DNA of 64,000 nt from Podarcis gaigeae (taxonomy: Eukaryota): assembly GCA_964106915.2 (NCBI GenBank), contig OZ066924.1. One strand, 5' to 3'. The notes beneath the pieces were generated by a model. That model saw nothing but the letters and a program-made list of their open reading frames with translations. It ran no database searches and had not been told where the DNA came from. Below, one piece after another: positions 14,401 through 27,656 of the stretch; the first letter of the stretch is position 1; the number at the start of each line of letters is the position of its first letter. The position numbers and the translations under genes are program-made.

Positions 14401-16210
14401 AGGAGGGGGAAGTCTCAGGGAGAAACAAATGTCATATGAACATCAACTGCATCCTTTTCATGTAGCTTCCTATCACTTTACAATCTTATGCTGAGTGGAA
14501 ACTGAATATGTTTGCAACCAAGCTACTTATGAACAGTGCCATTTCTATGTTCTCAAAGAAAGTGTAGCAGGAAGAAGAAGTATGTTTTTGGAATATACCA
14601 AAAGATAAATGGTCTTTCTATGTAGCTTGAATAATTAGCTGTCCAATGAAGTTATCGGACAGGCACAAAGATAAACTGTGTTAGCGGATAAGAAAACTTT
14701 CAAAAGCAAAACCTTTTAGACATATGGAATACATAGGCCAACACTTAATTTGTCCTATTATTTTCTTCTGCATAAGTGTCACACAAAATATGTAGACTAG
14801 ATTGTTGGATGTCTGTTGAAGATGCAGGTTTGAGAGTGACAAATGAGATTTACACTTCAAGTGATGGGTTGTTCAGTTATATAAATATAGCCTAGTGATT
14901 AAAAGTCTTTGTGCTAATGTGCTAGCTCCTAGCACCATCATTATCAGCAATGTAATAAGCCCAGCTTTAGTTAATTTAGCATCTAAAACAGAAGCATACA
15001 TTTTATTGACTTATCTGTGCTTTATCTGTAGTTAATTGTATATGAAATGGATCCAGCCAATGTTTTAGATCCTAACCCCACCCCACCCCCATAGACCAAC
15101 TTTGACAGGTGAATGGGGCCACCTTGTATCGTTATGAAGTTATGTGGCTTTGCAGATGTTCACTATAGCCTCCAATCACCTGATAGATGGTTACTGCAAG
15201 CCCTTTTGATGATCTAGCATCAGGACCCATCAGCTGACTGGTGCTGGGAGCACACCTTCAAAGGGAGTTTCTATAACTGCTGATTGGCAGTTACAGTGAG
15301 CACCTTTGAAGTCCATCCACAGGTGTGGTTAAAATTCAGACCACATCTGCAAACAGTCATTTCTCCTCTGCAAACCAGCGAGTTTATTGGGGCCAAAAGT
15401 GTGTCTTCAATGGGGCTTGCTGACAGTGCCAGTCTGCTGATCAGTACTGACAGCTACCCCCATCAGCTGCATTAGGGATCTCCCAGTGGGAACAATCGGG
15501 AACTCACTTTAAGTTTCCACTTGTTCCTTTAGATTGTTTTTTACCTGCCCCACATGACACCATGCATGGGGAAAAGTGGTTGTGATTTGAATAAAACATG
15601 CTCCTGGGCTAAACTGGGAACTGTGCTGAGCCTAATTAGGCCTATGGGCAGGAGGTTCCCCAACCCTGCATTAACTGCTCAGAAACCCTATTCTATCTTA
15701 CATAAGCAGCTCCTTCCCCATCTTCCCTGGAGCTACTTAAGAAAGACCTGTGTGCCCTAAGGGAAGGCAGAAGTAAGGGAGCCCAGACCAGGTTGCACAC
15801 ACACCATCAGCTCCTGATAGAACATTCTATGGCCTGAGAGAAATGTTGAAGCAGCTCCTATCTTCCTGGAGTTCTGTGTGCCCTGAGGAAAGATGAAAGC
15901 CCAGTCCAGGAAGCTTGTGCCATCATCTCCCACTTAGCCTGAGAGGATTTTGTCATGCCACATTTTATATAATATATTTGTTTTAGTACTTTAAAAGTAA
16001 AAACTGCCTCAAGTGCCTGGGCACAGAGGTAGTATATAAATCTAATAAATATATATACACTACCAGTTTCCAGGCTGTCTGGGAGTCAAAAACCTTTACT
16101 AGTCTCCCCCTTCCAGCACTATCTGAAGACTGTTGCCATGGCTAAGGAAGGGAACCAAGAAGAGCTTTGCTGTAGACCAGGTGTGAGTCTCATTGTCTCT
16201 TCCCCATCTC

Positions 16211-16383
16211 CAGTGCTTTTTTATGGGGGTACACAGGGGTATGCGTACCCCTAAACATTTTGTGAATCTTTGTACTTTGGTCCATTTACTGTATTTATTT
16301 TTCCCAATTTGAACTATAAAATGGTGGTTTTCTTGAGTCAAAATGAGAGTACCCCTAAATATTTTTATAGAAAGAAAGCACTC
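16211..16383. mobile_element. hAT-type MITE
   Basis: TIRs CAGTGCTTTTTT / AAAGAAAGCACTC. 8-bp TSD cccatctc (16203-16210) versus cccttctc (16384-16391). Confidence 0.8.
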
Positions 16384-17827
16384 CCCTTCTCCCTCAGCAG
16401 CAGCATTGTCCCTGAGTAACGGAGGCAAGGAGAAGTATCTTTGTTAGTGGGGGGAGGGGATGTTCCTCTCCTTTCACCATGGTGGCAAAGGGAAAGGTTG
16501 AGCCATCTAGGTAGCCACCTTACCACAGTGCCACCTGTATTTGACCCAATCTGTAACCTTCCACGACAGACATTAATGGAGCCAGTTAATTCTGTGACAG
16601 TTCCTTTTTGTGTGTGTGTGTGTGTGGCAGAAAATGAACCAAAGCTCTCAAGGACACCATTTGAGTGGAGGCAAAATCTATAGCCATTGAGTGAGGGCAA
16701 AAGAGAGGCCATTCACTTTCATTAGAGGAAATATCTCACTATTCTTGGTAACACATTTGGAAGTAAGGCAAAATCCCTACAGTACTTACAGTAGGTCACT
16801 TGATTCAGGGATTTCCTCATCCCAGCTGCATACCCCAGTAGCAATTTATTGTCATAAATTTCAGTGGTTCCCATTGATATCTGTGGGGCAAAGTAAAGGG
16901 CCTGCAATATGCAACACAACTGAAGGGTCTCTAGTGTCACAGGCAAGTTGGGGAGACACTTTTATTTCATTTTCCCTAATGAGAAAAGGACACTCAAGGA
17001 CACTGGTGATGGTGTCACCAAACACTGACAACTTCACCTTTGCTGTTATAGGGTTGTAAGGGGGACTAGCCCAGTCAGGAGCAGAGACAATTGACCTCCA
17101 CATTTCATCATGGTCTCATTGAGTCATTAAGTCAGTGATTACCGGTATATTCCAGATTTCATAATTGCCTCGGAGTGGGCAACTCTATGTATTTCAATGG
17201 GTGGAGAATTCAATAGACTGTCCCCTAACAAATTTATAATATGATTTTTAAAAAAGCATTTCTGCTGAAGCTAATAAAGTACACAGTCCAGTTCATGTGA
17301 TTATTCTCAATATGTTGCTCTTATCACTGGAGACTTGCAGTCAAAGATGTGATGGTTTATAACAGATAAGCTCTGTAGGCAGTGATATTACTGTGGCAAT
17401 ATGCAAGAAAGTACAAAGGTAATGTTCATGCTGCCATGGAGCTTTGAGATAGAATTAGATGATCCATAACTAAAAGGTCCATAAACCAAGCCTATTCCTC
17501 CAGCCCCTAGCGTCACATTAGAAACTGGAAATGAAAGACCTTGTAGGACTGACAACAAACTGCTTTTCTAGAAATCTAACCGTACAGATTCATTTGCCTG
17601 TAAGATTTCCATTTTTATGGCAGAGTAGGGAAATTCCAGTTCTGTTCATACAGCCAATTATTGATACCAGGTTTTCTAGTCAAGCACTCCCTATTGTTTC
17701 CTGTTCTCTCTTTCTCCCCCCACCCCAGTCTTCTAAATTCAGCCTAATAATCTCCTCATGACCTGATAAGAGACTCAAATTTAAAACAGGAAACAGAATA
17801 GAATGAGTAGTGAACTGACTTAGAAGT

Positions 17828-18010
17828 GGGGCCATAGATCCATGGTAGAGCACATGTTTTGCATGGTGAAGCTTCCAGGTTCAGATCCCAGCATCTCCAG
17901 GTAGGATTGTGAAAGTCCTTTCTCTGAAAACCCTGGATAAATAACCACTGCCAATCACTATATAGGCTCAATTCTCTGACTCTCTATAAGGCAGTTTCTT
18001 GTGTTCCTAT
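17828..18010 (+). mobile_element. tRNA-derived SINE (Squam2-like), diverged
   Basis: Head ggggccatagatccatggtagagcac...ttgcatg...ccaggttcagatccc with A/B-box remnants; tail ctgactctctataaggcagtttcttgtgttccta. Confidence 0.75.
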
Positions 18011-21000
18011 GACCTTCATTGGGATCAGTGGCAAAGTACACTATGGGAAATCTATTCAGAACAAATGATAGACAAGGGAAGTATGCTATTCCAGTACTAT
18101 CCCTAGTGTAAGCCAAGCATCAGCAAGAAATAGTGCAGTGGAAGCAGGACCTCATCAGCTGACATGAATGGAGAAATAATGCTAGAGGCTGATTCATATT
18201 TCTGAAACTTACCTCTAATTTAGTAATCTCTTCCTTCTTCTATATGAACCACTCACAATACATGATGGAAGCACATGGAAGATTGGCTTCTCAACATACT
18301 GAAAATAAATAACGTAATGCAAAATTTGTTAGGTACTGTATATATCTATCCAGAATTGACTGCTTAGGGCAGTTACAGGTTTTGAGAGGTTAGCTATATT
18401 TGTATCTAATAAATCTAAAGGTGTCTAGTGTCTGGAACTATCTTGGAAAAGTCTCCTGGGAGCAAAATAGTCTGGGAATGGGGCATGGGTTGTAGTATCT
18501 GCACTAGATTTAGGGTGGTATGGGTGCTTCTCCTGCTCAGGGCGCCAAGCTGAGGGGGTGCAAAATAATAATGATAATGATGATGATGATGCCTATAGTT
18601 ATACAGTACAGGTATCTGCTGAGAAGTTCCATAAATAAGCAACTGTGCCAAAAGGAATTACTATGAAAATAATAAGTATTTGGGGAGGGGGTATAAACAG
18701 AACGGAAGGGGGCGCATATATATTTGTCCTTTTCAGGGGATGCCAAATGTTGTCCATGTTACCTAATTCCGCCCCTGGTAGAAGTAGTCATTGATCTACT
18801 TCTTGCACCTCCAGATGGTGGAGATGTCAGGCAGCATCCAGGCGCCTAGGCATCTTCACTTGGTTGCAAGTGGCCAATAGCCAGGTGCAAAATGCACCTG
18901 CCGCCTGGCAAATTTCAAACACTGATGAAAAGCCTTACGTAGCTATGTTCTACAATTTTTCAGCTTACAAACTATGCTGTGTCCCTTTTTAGATTTCTTG
19001 TTCTATCTTGGTCCTTAAATAAATAAAATAGTTTTAGCAATAGACTTGCATTATCCAAAAAAAAAAAATCATTACAGGTTTCTACATTTATTGTAACTGA
19101 CCTTGAAGCTTTAGGATGTGTTGTTTTAAAACCCAAATAAATAGCCAGGTGCTGTTTGGTGACACATGCCTTTTCATTTAAGCATGGATGGAGAATTAGA
19201 TGCACTGATAGCGGCTGCTGATAGATATCAAGAAACCCAGAGTTCACACTTCATTAAAATGCAGGTTAAATTCTTTAAAGATAGCCATTCAGGTATCTTG
19301 TGTAATCTTCTATCAGGATTGTATCTCCATTTCAGTTTGTAAGGCACTACCTGTTTGGAATAGGATAAAGACCCATTGTTATTGTCAGACCTGTTTCAAG
19401 CTAAATATTCTTCTAGTCCTTTGTGGCTGCCATTTTTTATCAGGCATTCAGAACAGCTTTCCTTTGCTGATCTGCCATTTTCGGACATATCACTGTTTCA
19501 CTTGTATGATTTCTGGTGAGACAAGCTCAGACCTGGCTGCTTTTCTCTCAATAACAGAGAAAAGAAATGTCTCTGGTGCCTACTCTGCAGAGAAAGTTCA
19601 TTCATGTGTAAATTATCAGTTGGCCTTTATTTGCTTGGCCTGTGGAGAGTACACATGCAGATAAAAGGCTCTGTGGGTCAGGGTTTAGTACATGCAGGTT
19701 TCTCCAGTGGCCACAATGGCACTGTTAGAATTGTTGTCAAAGATTATCAGACAGGCTAGGATGTCTTATCATTATTTACTTGCAGTTTACAGAGTTAAAA
19801 TAAAATTCTGCAAGCAGGATTCTATTAGAATGTTAGAACAAAATCCACAGCATGACTACTATAAGAAGTACCTTTCTTAATGAGAAATATATAAAGATTC
19901 ATAGAGATCTGTTTAAGAATATCTGTTTGTTAATATCACAATGTTTCTTTACTTTATTATCCGCCTACCATATCACCCTCTACCAATAATAGAAAGCAGT
20001 TTCATTGCAGTGTCTTCAAAATTTTTGTCTTCCTTATATGTATAGTTGCTAATGTGACTATTGAATCATGGGGAACTGCCTTAAATATGCTAAGATATTT
20101 ATTGCACAATTGTATATTCTGCGGTGATGTTTGCACTGGCATAAGAAGTAGGTAGCAGCTGCAGTCTATGTGAGGCTGCAGAAAAGTTGTTTGATCTACA
20201 AGATCAGTAGCCTGTTACTTGGTTGCCTTTCATTGAAACATAATCAAGAATCATTAAGGCCTATTAGCAGCTGTGTTGTAAGTACATTTTATAATGCAGT
20301 TCTCAGAGCCCCAGTTATCCTTACTAAAGTAAAGTTGTTAAGCTACAACTGTCTCTTAGTTACAGGAGGTTGATCATAAATGAGATAGGATACTAAGCTT
20401 TTGAAATGGAAATTCAAGACCCACAGGATTTGATCCATCAGGTCAGCTTCAATTCAGACATTTGGGACCAACCTGCCATTGAATGGCTGGTACCCAAGGT
20501 CATAGCTGGAAAGAGCATTATTAACATATCTGCATATATTTGTAATGTTATCATGAAAAGAAAAGAAAAATTATCCAGAATGACAAAATTGTTTCACATT
20601 AGTTTTATTTTTTCCTTCCTAATCATTTTCTTTCCCTTCTTACTAGTGATATTTTATATTGGCTGCATTATTAGCATTCACATACTTAACTGTTTTGCTT
20701 GCTTTATTTTTAAAGTTGCCCTTTGAAATTATATTAGTGTTGATAGTTTGACATTGATTTCCTTCCCTTGATACTTTGTTATTTGGGCATTTTAAATGCC
20801 TAACTAGTTTCTCTAGAAGAAAAATGCCACACTATGTGAGATTTAAAACCATATTTCTTGAATGTTTCCCATTTGGCAGAAGGAAGGAGGTGGGTGTGAA
20901 ACTCACTGAGAAGGAAGATCACTTGGTTCTTCAGAAAGGCCTCAACACAGCTACTGGTGCAGGAAGAGAAAATTCTGCAGAACTAAATATTTATGGTGTC

Positions 21001-21609
21001 ATACTTGCCCTGGCATTTAGAATACATCTTATATGGTATAGTCCAAAATGCAGATGAATGAAAGCACTGAAATCAGTGATTCATGAGAAGTATTGTGACA
21101 GATGTGAATAATACCATTATGATTGCTGTTGCAGATTATTTAGATAACTAATCTTGTTTCTGCTTTTTGTAAAATGCTGTACAGTCTTATGTGATTACAT
21201 AAATATGCCCATAAGCTAACAGAGCAGAAACTGTCTCAATGGGGAATGTAAGGAGGGTCACATATGATTATATGGATTTAAGTAGAGTATGTTCCCGGGT
21301 ACTTGTGTGCAAAATATAGTAGGTGTACATATCTGTGTGGGAGCCACTTCTGTGCAGCAACTTTCCAGACCTTCCCTGAAACATGTAACCCGGTTTATCA
21401 TGCAAATCTTCATATGAGCTACCCAGAAAAAGCATATAGTACAGTTCTCCTGATACTCCACCACTTCAGAATGCTGTGTCAAAAACTTCCAGGCTCTGGA
21501 AAGCTAACATGTCAGAGAGAATGTTTGTAATCTAGCACAGAGACATGTGATTCCCCTACCTGCATTCTGATGTGGTATAATCAAAGGAGGAGTTTAATAT
21601 CCTCCCCCC

Positions 21610-21630
21610 ATATATATATATATATATATA
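21610..21630. repeat. (AT)n microsatellite
   Basis: Direct reading. Confidence 0.9.
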
Positions 21631-22049
21631 AATTAATTCAGTTAAAAGATTTCCAAATGGTGTGACAAAGGAAATCCATCACACATTCATTGACATCAAA
21701 CCCATCCATTGGCATAAAAACTCCAGGCACCAGTGTCATCAGGCTGTGCAGTTGTTTAGTCCCTGTCACTCCCTGGTAATTATCAGGGAATCCACAGGTG
21801 GTTATTGAACCATCATTTTTTAATCAGTGGAAATTATTCATCTCTTTTCACACGCAATGAAAGCTCAACTATGATATTACAATGTTTGGCACCACTATAA
21901 AAAAATTCGCCTTGCTGAATTGGACAAAGTTCTAGTTTTGAATTCTACTTCCAATAGTAGAAAGGTAACAAATAGGACATGAGAGTGATAGCCCTGTTTT
22001 ATTCCTTTTTTGTGATGGGTGATATACTACTTCTGAACATCGAGGACCC

Positions 22050-22285
22050 ACTTAGCACTCTTAACTAATAACAGTTGATAGATTTATCTTTCATGAATTT
22101 GTCTAATCCTTTTCATAGCCATCTAAGTAAGGGCCATTTCTCCAATGTGCAGTGAATTCCATTACTTTTATATATTGTGTAAAGAAATATCTATTTCAGT
22201 CTACTACAGCCCATCCGTTTTATTGGATAGCCCAAGATTCAGTACTATATTGTGAAATAGAGATAATCTAGTCACTTACTACACG
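22050..22285 (-). mobile_element. Old CR1 LINE 3' fragment
   Basis: catgaatttgtctaatccttttcatagccatctaag...gcagtgaattccat...tgtgtaaagaaat resembles the reverse-complemented squamate CR1 3' region. Confidence 0.6.
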
Positions 22286-22287
22286 TT

Positions 22288-22333
<46 letters not shown>

Positions 22334-22670
22334 TCATCTTTATTGTCATTGCCCCCTCTCGGGGACAACGAAATTACTTGGCTGCTCCATCCACCCAGGT
22401 AGGGCACTCCACACAAAATCAAAACAACTATAAAAACACTAATTAAAACAATACAGTATAATACAGCAAGGAAGATTAGATGACTTTCAAAGTCCAGGCT
22501 TCCCATTCAGGGCCGAGATCGCTCTGGAGAAGAAGCTGTTCTTAAGGCGGCTCGTTCTTGTCTTCATCGTCCTGTATCTCCGTCCCGACAGCAGGAGCTC
22601 GAAGAGACAGTGACCAGGATGCGATGGATCTTTTACTATGTCCAGTGCCTTCCTATGGCACCTTGTGGCC
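22288..22670 (-). mobile_element. 5'-truncated Rex1/Babar LINE with (TTA)n tail
   Basis: Peptide RCHRKALDIVKDPSHPGHCLFELLLSGRRYRTMKTRTSRLKNSFFSRAISALN is the Rex1-type ORF2 C-terminus. Trinucleotide tail at 22288-22333. Confidence 0.85.
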
Positions 22671-25166
22671 ATAAAGTTATTGATTTCTGTAGTGTTCCCC
22701 TTAGACATCTTCTCCACCCCCAACACAAACTAAACTGGACTTGCCTGTGGCTGCAATGTAAGTTTACATATTGGCATTATATTTACAGTTTTCTTTTCAA
22801 TTCTTTTGTAAATGTTTTCTCTTCCCGGACAAATGATTTCCAGTAAGCCTTTTCACTTCAATATCTTTATCTAGTTGGCTGCAGCCAAGTTAGAGCCATG
22901 CACGATACAGATGTTTATTATGAATAAAATGCCTTCAGTGCCATAATGTGCTTTCACATGGGAGTGTAATATCACAAACACATATTTTGCAACAGGTTTT
23001 TTAAAAAACAACTTGTGAAATTTTCCATGAAAAATGTTCTTGGGGAGGAGATGACTTCATGTGAACTGTAGTAAATTTATACGCAATAAATAAATTAAAT
23101 CAATAAATAAAGTTCCACAATAAAAACCTGTCTGGAACTACTACACTGGGCAAAGAAAGTGGAACCAAGGGTCTTTGGAAGAAAAACTAACCTTGGCAGA
23201 AGTCCTCCCAAGTACATTAGAGGAGCAGAGGGAAAGGAAAAGCATGCAAACCCAAAGCTTCATTCAGCTCACAGAGTCTTTTCCACTTAGTGCTAAACCA
23301 TGGTTTAGTGTTGTATGTAAACTGGGCTACTGTTCTTCTGGCTCACTTCCAGCATCTAGTGAATGTAAATAAACATTTGTTATTGGTTTTTATTTTTATA
23401 TTTTGGCTTTTCTTATAGTGAATTTGTGCTTTTTGTTTCCCAGTTTGTGCTCTTTTTCAATTTCCTCATGTGAGCACAATTTAAAAATAATTCCTCTTGC
23501 CTTTCATAACTTCCTTAATTTGCATTTTGTCTATGAGCATTCTTTGGCGCTTTTGAGTCTTTTCTGATGAGTCCTATAGATTGCTATTGAATCTATATTA
23601 TAGTTGTTTTATATAAACTACAAGCTTCGTAATGATATTTCAACCTTCAGTACCTTCATTTTTGAGAAACTTCCCCTCCTGAATATTGATGAAGGAATAT
23701 ATTCCGCTCATATATGTATGATTGTGAAAGCACATTTGCACCTGATCTTGTGTACCGCTTAGGTTTAATTCAAGAATCACTTCTGCTCTTGGTGGTCCTT
23801 ATTACCAAAATGTCATAAAACATCATTTATTATATCCAGAAATAACATATGAATTTACAATTTATGCACTCATTTTTTAAACAGTTGAAGCCACTCATTA
23901 GTATTGCTTTTTCTACTTCAGCTACCTCCTTGGTTTATTTTTTACACCTCAAAATTAACATCGTGTTTTGGTGAGGGAGATTCTTACTTTAACCATAAGA
24001 TTCTGCCAATAGAAGTTTGGAAAGAATTCCTGCCCCCCTTCAGATTTCTAACTTAATGGACTCTATACCTTCTTAGGATTTTAGAGGAACACTACCTTCA
24101 ATAAACTTTCTCTATCCTTGTGTAGGTTTTAGATTTACTTTACTGCCAACACCCGATTAACAGTAGTGATGATGGACAGATATGAAACTAGAAAACAATG
24201 GAAACGATTTGTTAAATAGAAATACAGCTTGATTTAATTGAATTTATAGAAGGCTGTTGAAATCCATAGTTGTGTATCCATTAACACTGAAGTAGGCATT
24301 GTCACACTTTTTGAACTGTGACAAGCATCCAAGAACCATGAAACTAGTTCTATGAGCCCAGAGAAACATTAGCTTTCTGTTCCTTGAACAGCATTTTCTC
24401 ATGTTTTCTGGCAAACCACTTTTGAAACTGAGGGAAGAATCAAAAGCAGCTTGTGATAGGATATGAAGGGGGTGTCAGGTGTCAAAGGAAAAAACCTTTA
24501 CAATTTTATTCAGCTATCACAAGCCCCTTACAAAACGCTATCCCAAGTAGCTGTTTAGATCCAAACATCTTTGAATTTGAAAAACAGATAAGTCATGAGC
24601 TATTTCATTTTAATAATATCAACCTGTTTGTACTGTAACAAAATGGTATTTGGCAGCTATCTATGAATACAAATATGTTTCATATCTATTATTATAGTAC
24701 CTAATACACAAATATACCACTTTTCAGCATATTAACAACGCTTTGTGGCAATTTTCCTGAAAATATAGTTTATACATCTGTGAAGAGATGTACATGAAAT
24801 AATTATATGACAAAATAAAAATGCCATAGGTAACAAGCAGATTTGTTTATGAGTATAATAATCTTATTTACCATAATAACTAAACTCAAATATAAGTTAT
24901 TTATAGGCCACATTTTCTGTTTTACTGCTCTAAAGAAGCACCTTTGACTCCTGAAACTAGTAGCATGAAAATTACAGCCCTATTATATTGCAGGTGTACT
25001 ATGTACTCTAAAAAGAAATAGACTGTGTAAACCTTACAGTACAGGTGAAACTCGAAAAATTGTGAATATTGTGAAAAGGTGCAGTAGCTATTCAATCCAT
25101 AACCCCTGCAATGGGTTCCTGAGCCTTTATATGGTCTCTCAGTCTGGTTCAGTAGGAAGCACAATC

Positions 25167-26365
25167 ATTGGGAAGGCTGCTGACCTGACAGTTGTGCAGA
25201 AAGCCATCATTGAGACCCTCCATAAGGAGGGAAAGCCTCAAAAGAAGAAGCTGGATGTGCTGTATCGAAGCACATTAATGGAAAGTTATGTGGAAGGGAA
25301 AAGTGTGGAAGAAAAAGGTGCACAAGCAGCAGGGATGACCGCAGCCTGGAGAGGATTGTCAGGAAAAGACCATTCAAACGTGTTGGGGACTTTCACAAGG
25401 AGTGGACTGAGGCTGGAGGTAGTGCATCAAGAGCCACCACACACAGACGGATCCTGGAGATGGGCTTCAAATGTCGTATTCCTCTTGTCAAGCCGCTCCT
25501 GAACAAGAAACAACATCAGAAGCGTCTTACCTGGGCTAAAGAAAAAAAGAACTGGTTTGTTTCTCTGTGGTCCCAGTCCTCTTTTCTGATGAGAGCAACT
25601 TTTGCATCTCATTTGGAAACCAAGGACCCAGAGTCTGGAGGAAGAATGGGGAGACACTTTCCACAGTTTGTGTTTATTTGGGGAGCCATGTCATCAGCTG
25701 GTGTTGGTCCACTGTGCTTCATTAAGTCCAGGGTCAACACAGCCGTCAACCAGGAGATTTTGGAGCACTTCATGCTTCCTTCCGCAGACCAGCTTTATGA
25801 AGATGCTGACTTCATTTTCCAGCAGGACTTGGCACCTGCCCAGACTGCCAAAAGTACCAAAACCTGGTTCAGTGCCCATGGGATTACTGTACTTGATTGG
25901 CCAGCAAACTCACCTGACCTGAACCCCATAGAGAATCTATGGGGCATTGCCAAGAGAAAGCTGGGAGACATGAGACTGAGCAATGCAGAAGAGCTGAAGG
26001 CTGCTATTGAAGCATCCTGGTCTTCCATAACACCTCAGCAGTATCACAGGCTGAAAGAAGAAGAAGAAGAAGAAGAAGAAGAAGAAGAAGAAGAAGAGGA
26101 GGAGGAAGAAGAGTTTGGATTTGATATCCCGCTTTATCACTACCCGAAGGAGTCTCAAAGCGGCTAACATTCTCCTTTCCCTTCCTCACCCCACAACAAA
26201 CACTCTGTGAGGTGAGTGGGGCTGAGAGACTTCAAAGAAGTGTGACTGGCCCAAGGTCACCTAGCAGCTGCATGTGGAGGAGCGGAGACACGAACCTGGT
26301 TCCCCAGATTACAAGTCCGCGTTGAGGTAGTAATTGATGCAAAAGGGGCCCAAACCAAGTATTGA
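25167..26365 (+). pseudogene. Tc1 transposase pseudogene
   Basis: Across frames: GKAADLTVVQKAIIETLHKEGKPQK, VLFSDESNF, IWGAMS, FQQDLAPAQTAK, WPANSPDLNPIENLW (34 residues between D and E), C-terminal VIDAKGAQTKY*. Start codon reads ATT; frameshifts, deletions and a SINE insertion are present. Confidence 0.92.
26055..26318 (-). mobile_element. Squam3-like SINE nested in the Tc1 transposase, 5'-truncated, with (TTC)n tail
   Basis: (GAA)n then gagtttggatttgatatcccgcttt...cccaaggtcac...cgaacctggttccccagatt. A B-box remnant is present and the A-box head is missing. Confidence 0.85.
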
Positions 26366-27656
26366 GTACATATGCATGCTTCTACTTCTCAGAGGTCCAA
26401 TATTGCTCTATTTGCAATCCTTGTTTTGCTGATTTCATTTAATATTTTGATTTTCTTGGATTGTTAATTTGGGGTTTTCATCAGCTGTACGCCATAATCA
26501 TCACAATTATAACAAATAAAGGCTTGACATATCTCGCTTTGCATGTCATGAGTCTATCTCATATATTAGTTTCGCCTTTTAAGTTGAATTACTGAAATAA
26601 ATGAACTTTTCCATTATATTCTAATTTTCCGAGTTTCACCTGTAATTGCTGCCACTGAAGAGCATTCTTACAATTTACAAACAGCATAAGCCATAGAATA
26701 AAACTTTCATAAATAACATTTTTTAAAAACACCTATTTGATCCTCTTATGCTATTTCTGATATTTGTGAATACTGTTAATACAGGTTATAATGTAACAGA
26801 GAAATCAAATATATATTCTAGCCAGTGTAAACTGTACAGTCACTACTGCAAGCTAATTTAATTGTTTCATCTGAAACACACTGAACTTTGAGGTGATTTC
26901 AGTATCTTCTATTTAAACATTTCCTTGAACTTTTTTTTTTAGAATTAAAAGACTCCCTTTATATTTAAGATTCATAAGATTTCAGCCCTCCTGAACCTAT
27001 ATGAGTTTTCTCTTGCTTTTCCCGAGGGATGATTCTTGAATAGTTTGAATGGTCACACATCTACCCAGGACCAGTGTTGGCACCTGACACCCTTGGACAG
27101 CTGCCAGGGCCCAAGCACGCCTTTAAGCCCCACTATTAACATCTGCCCTAGATCCCCTTTCCTTTGCAATTGGAATTTCCCACAATGCCCCTGAAGTAGT
27201 AGTGTTCTGGGGCATTAAGAGAAATTGTAATGATGCTGCTTTGATTGCTCCAGCCATGTAAGCTGCCGTGACCCACCAACAGAAAAGGGAGCTCTCCAGA
27301 TTGCCCAAGGCACCCCAAACCCTGGACTGTCTCTGGGAATAAAATGTATGATGCACCAACTTCCAGGTAGTTTCAACCATTGCAATGATACCAGTTTCAC
27401 TAAAGATCTAGTCTGTCTGAAATACAGACTGCAGAGCTACAATTTTACCATCATGGTGATCAAAATTACCCTTTTCAATGCATATTATTTAGAAACATGC
27501 TTCAGGGTTTACTGGGAGGATGTAGGTTTACAGAGGTAGTTGGTGCCTATTTTGAAACATGTTGATGTATGGCACATGTATGACTTGTGAGTTCAAATAA
27601 TGATCCACATTAAGAAAAAGTCTAATTTTCAGAGTATCTTTATTAAATGTAGGCTG

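Larger units (their letters stand above)
25042..26642 (+). mobile_element. Tc1 (DD34E) DNA transposon, decayed
   Basis: TIRs CAGGTGAAACTCGAAAAATT / AATTTTCCGAGTTTCACCTG with TA flanks at 25040-25041 and 26643-26644. Confidence 0.95.

Noticed and set aside
17828-17900. tRNA gene
   Set aside because: Degenerate cloverleaf that continues into a SINE body and tail.
25460-26167. 235-aa ORF as an intact or domesticated transposase with a poly-Glu tail
   Set aside because: The first catalytic Asp (FSDES) is in another frame, the N-terminus is broken, and the poly-Glu comes from the nested SINE tail.
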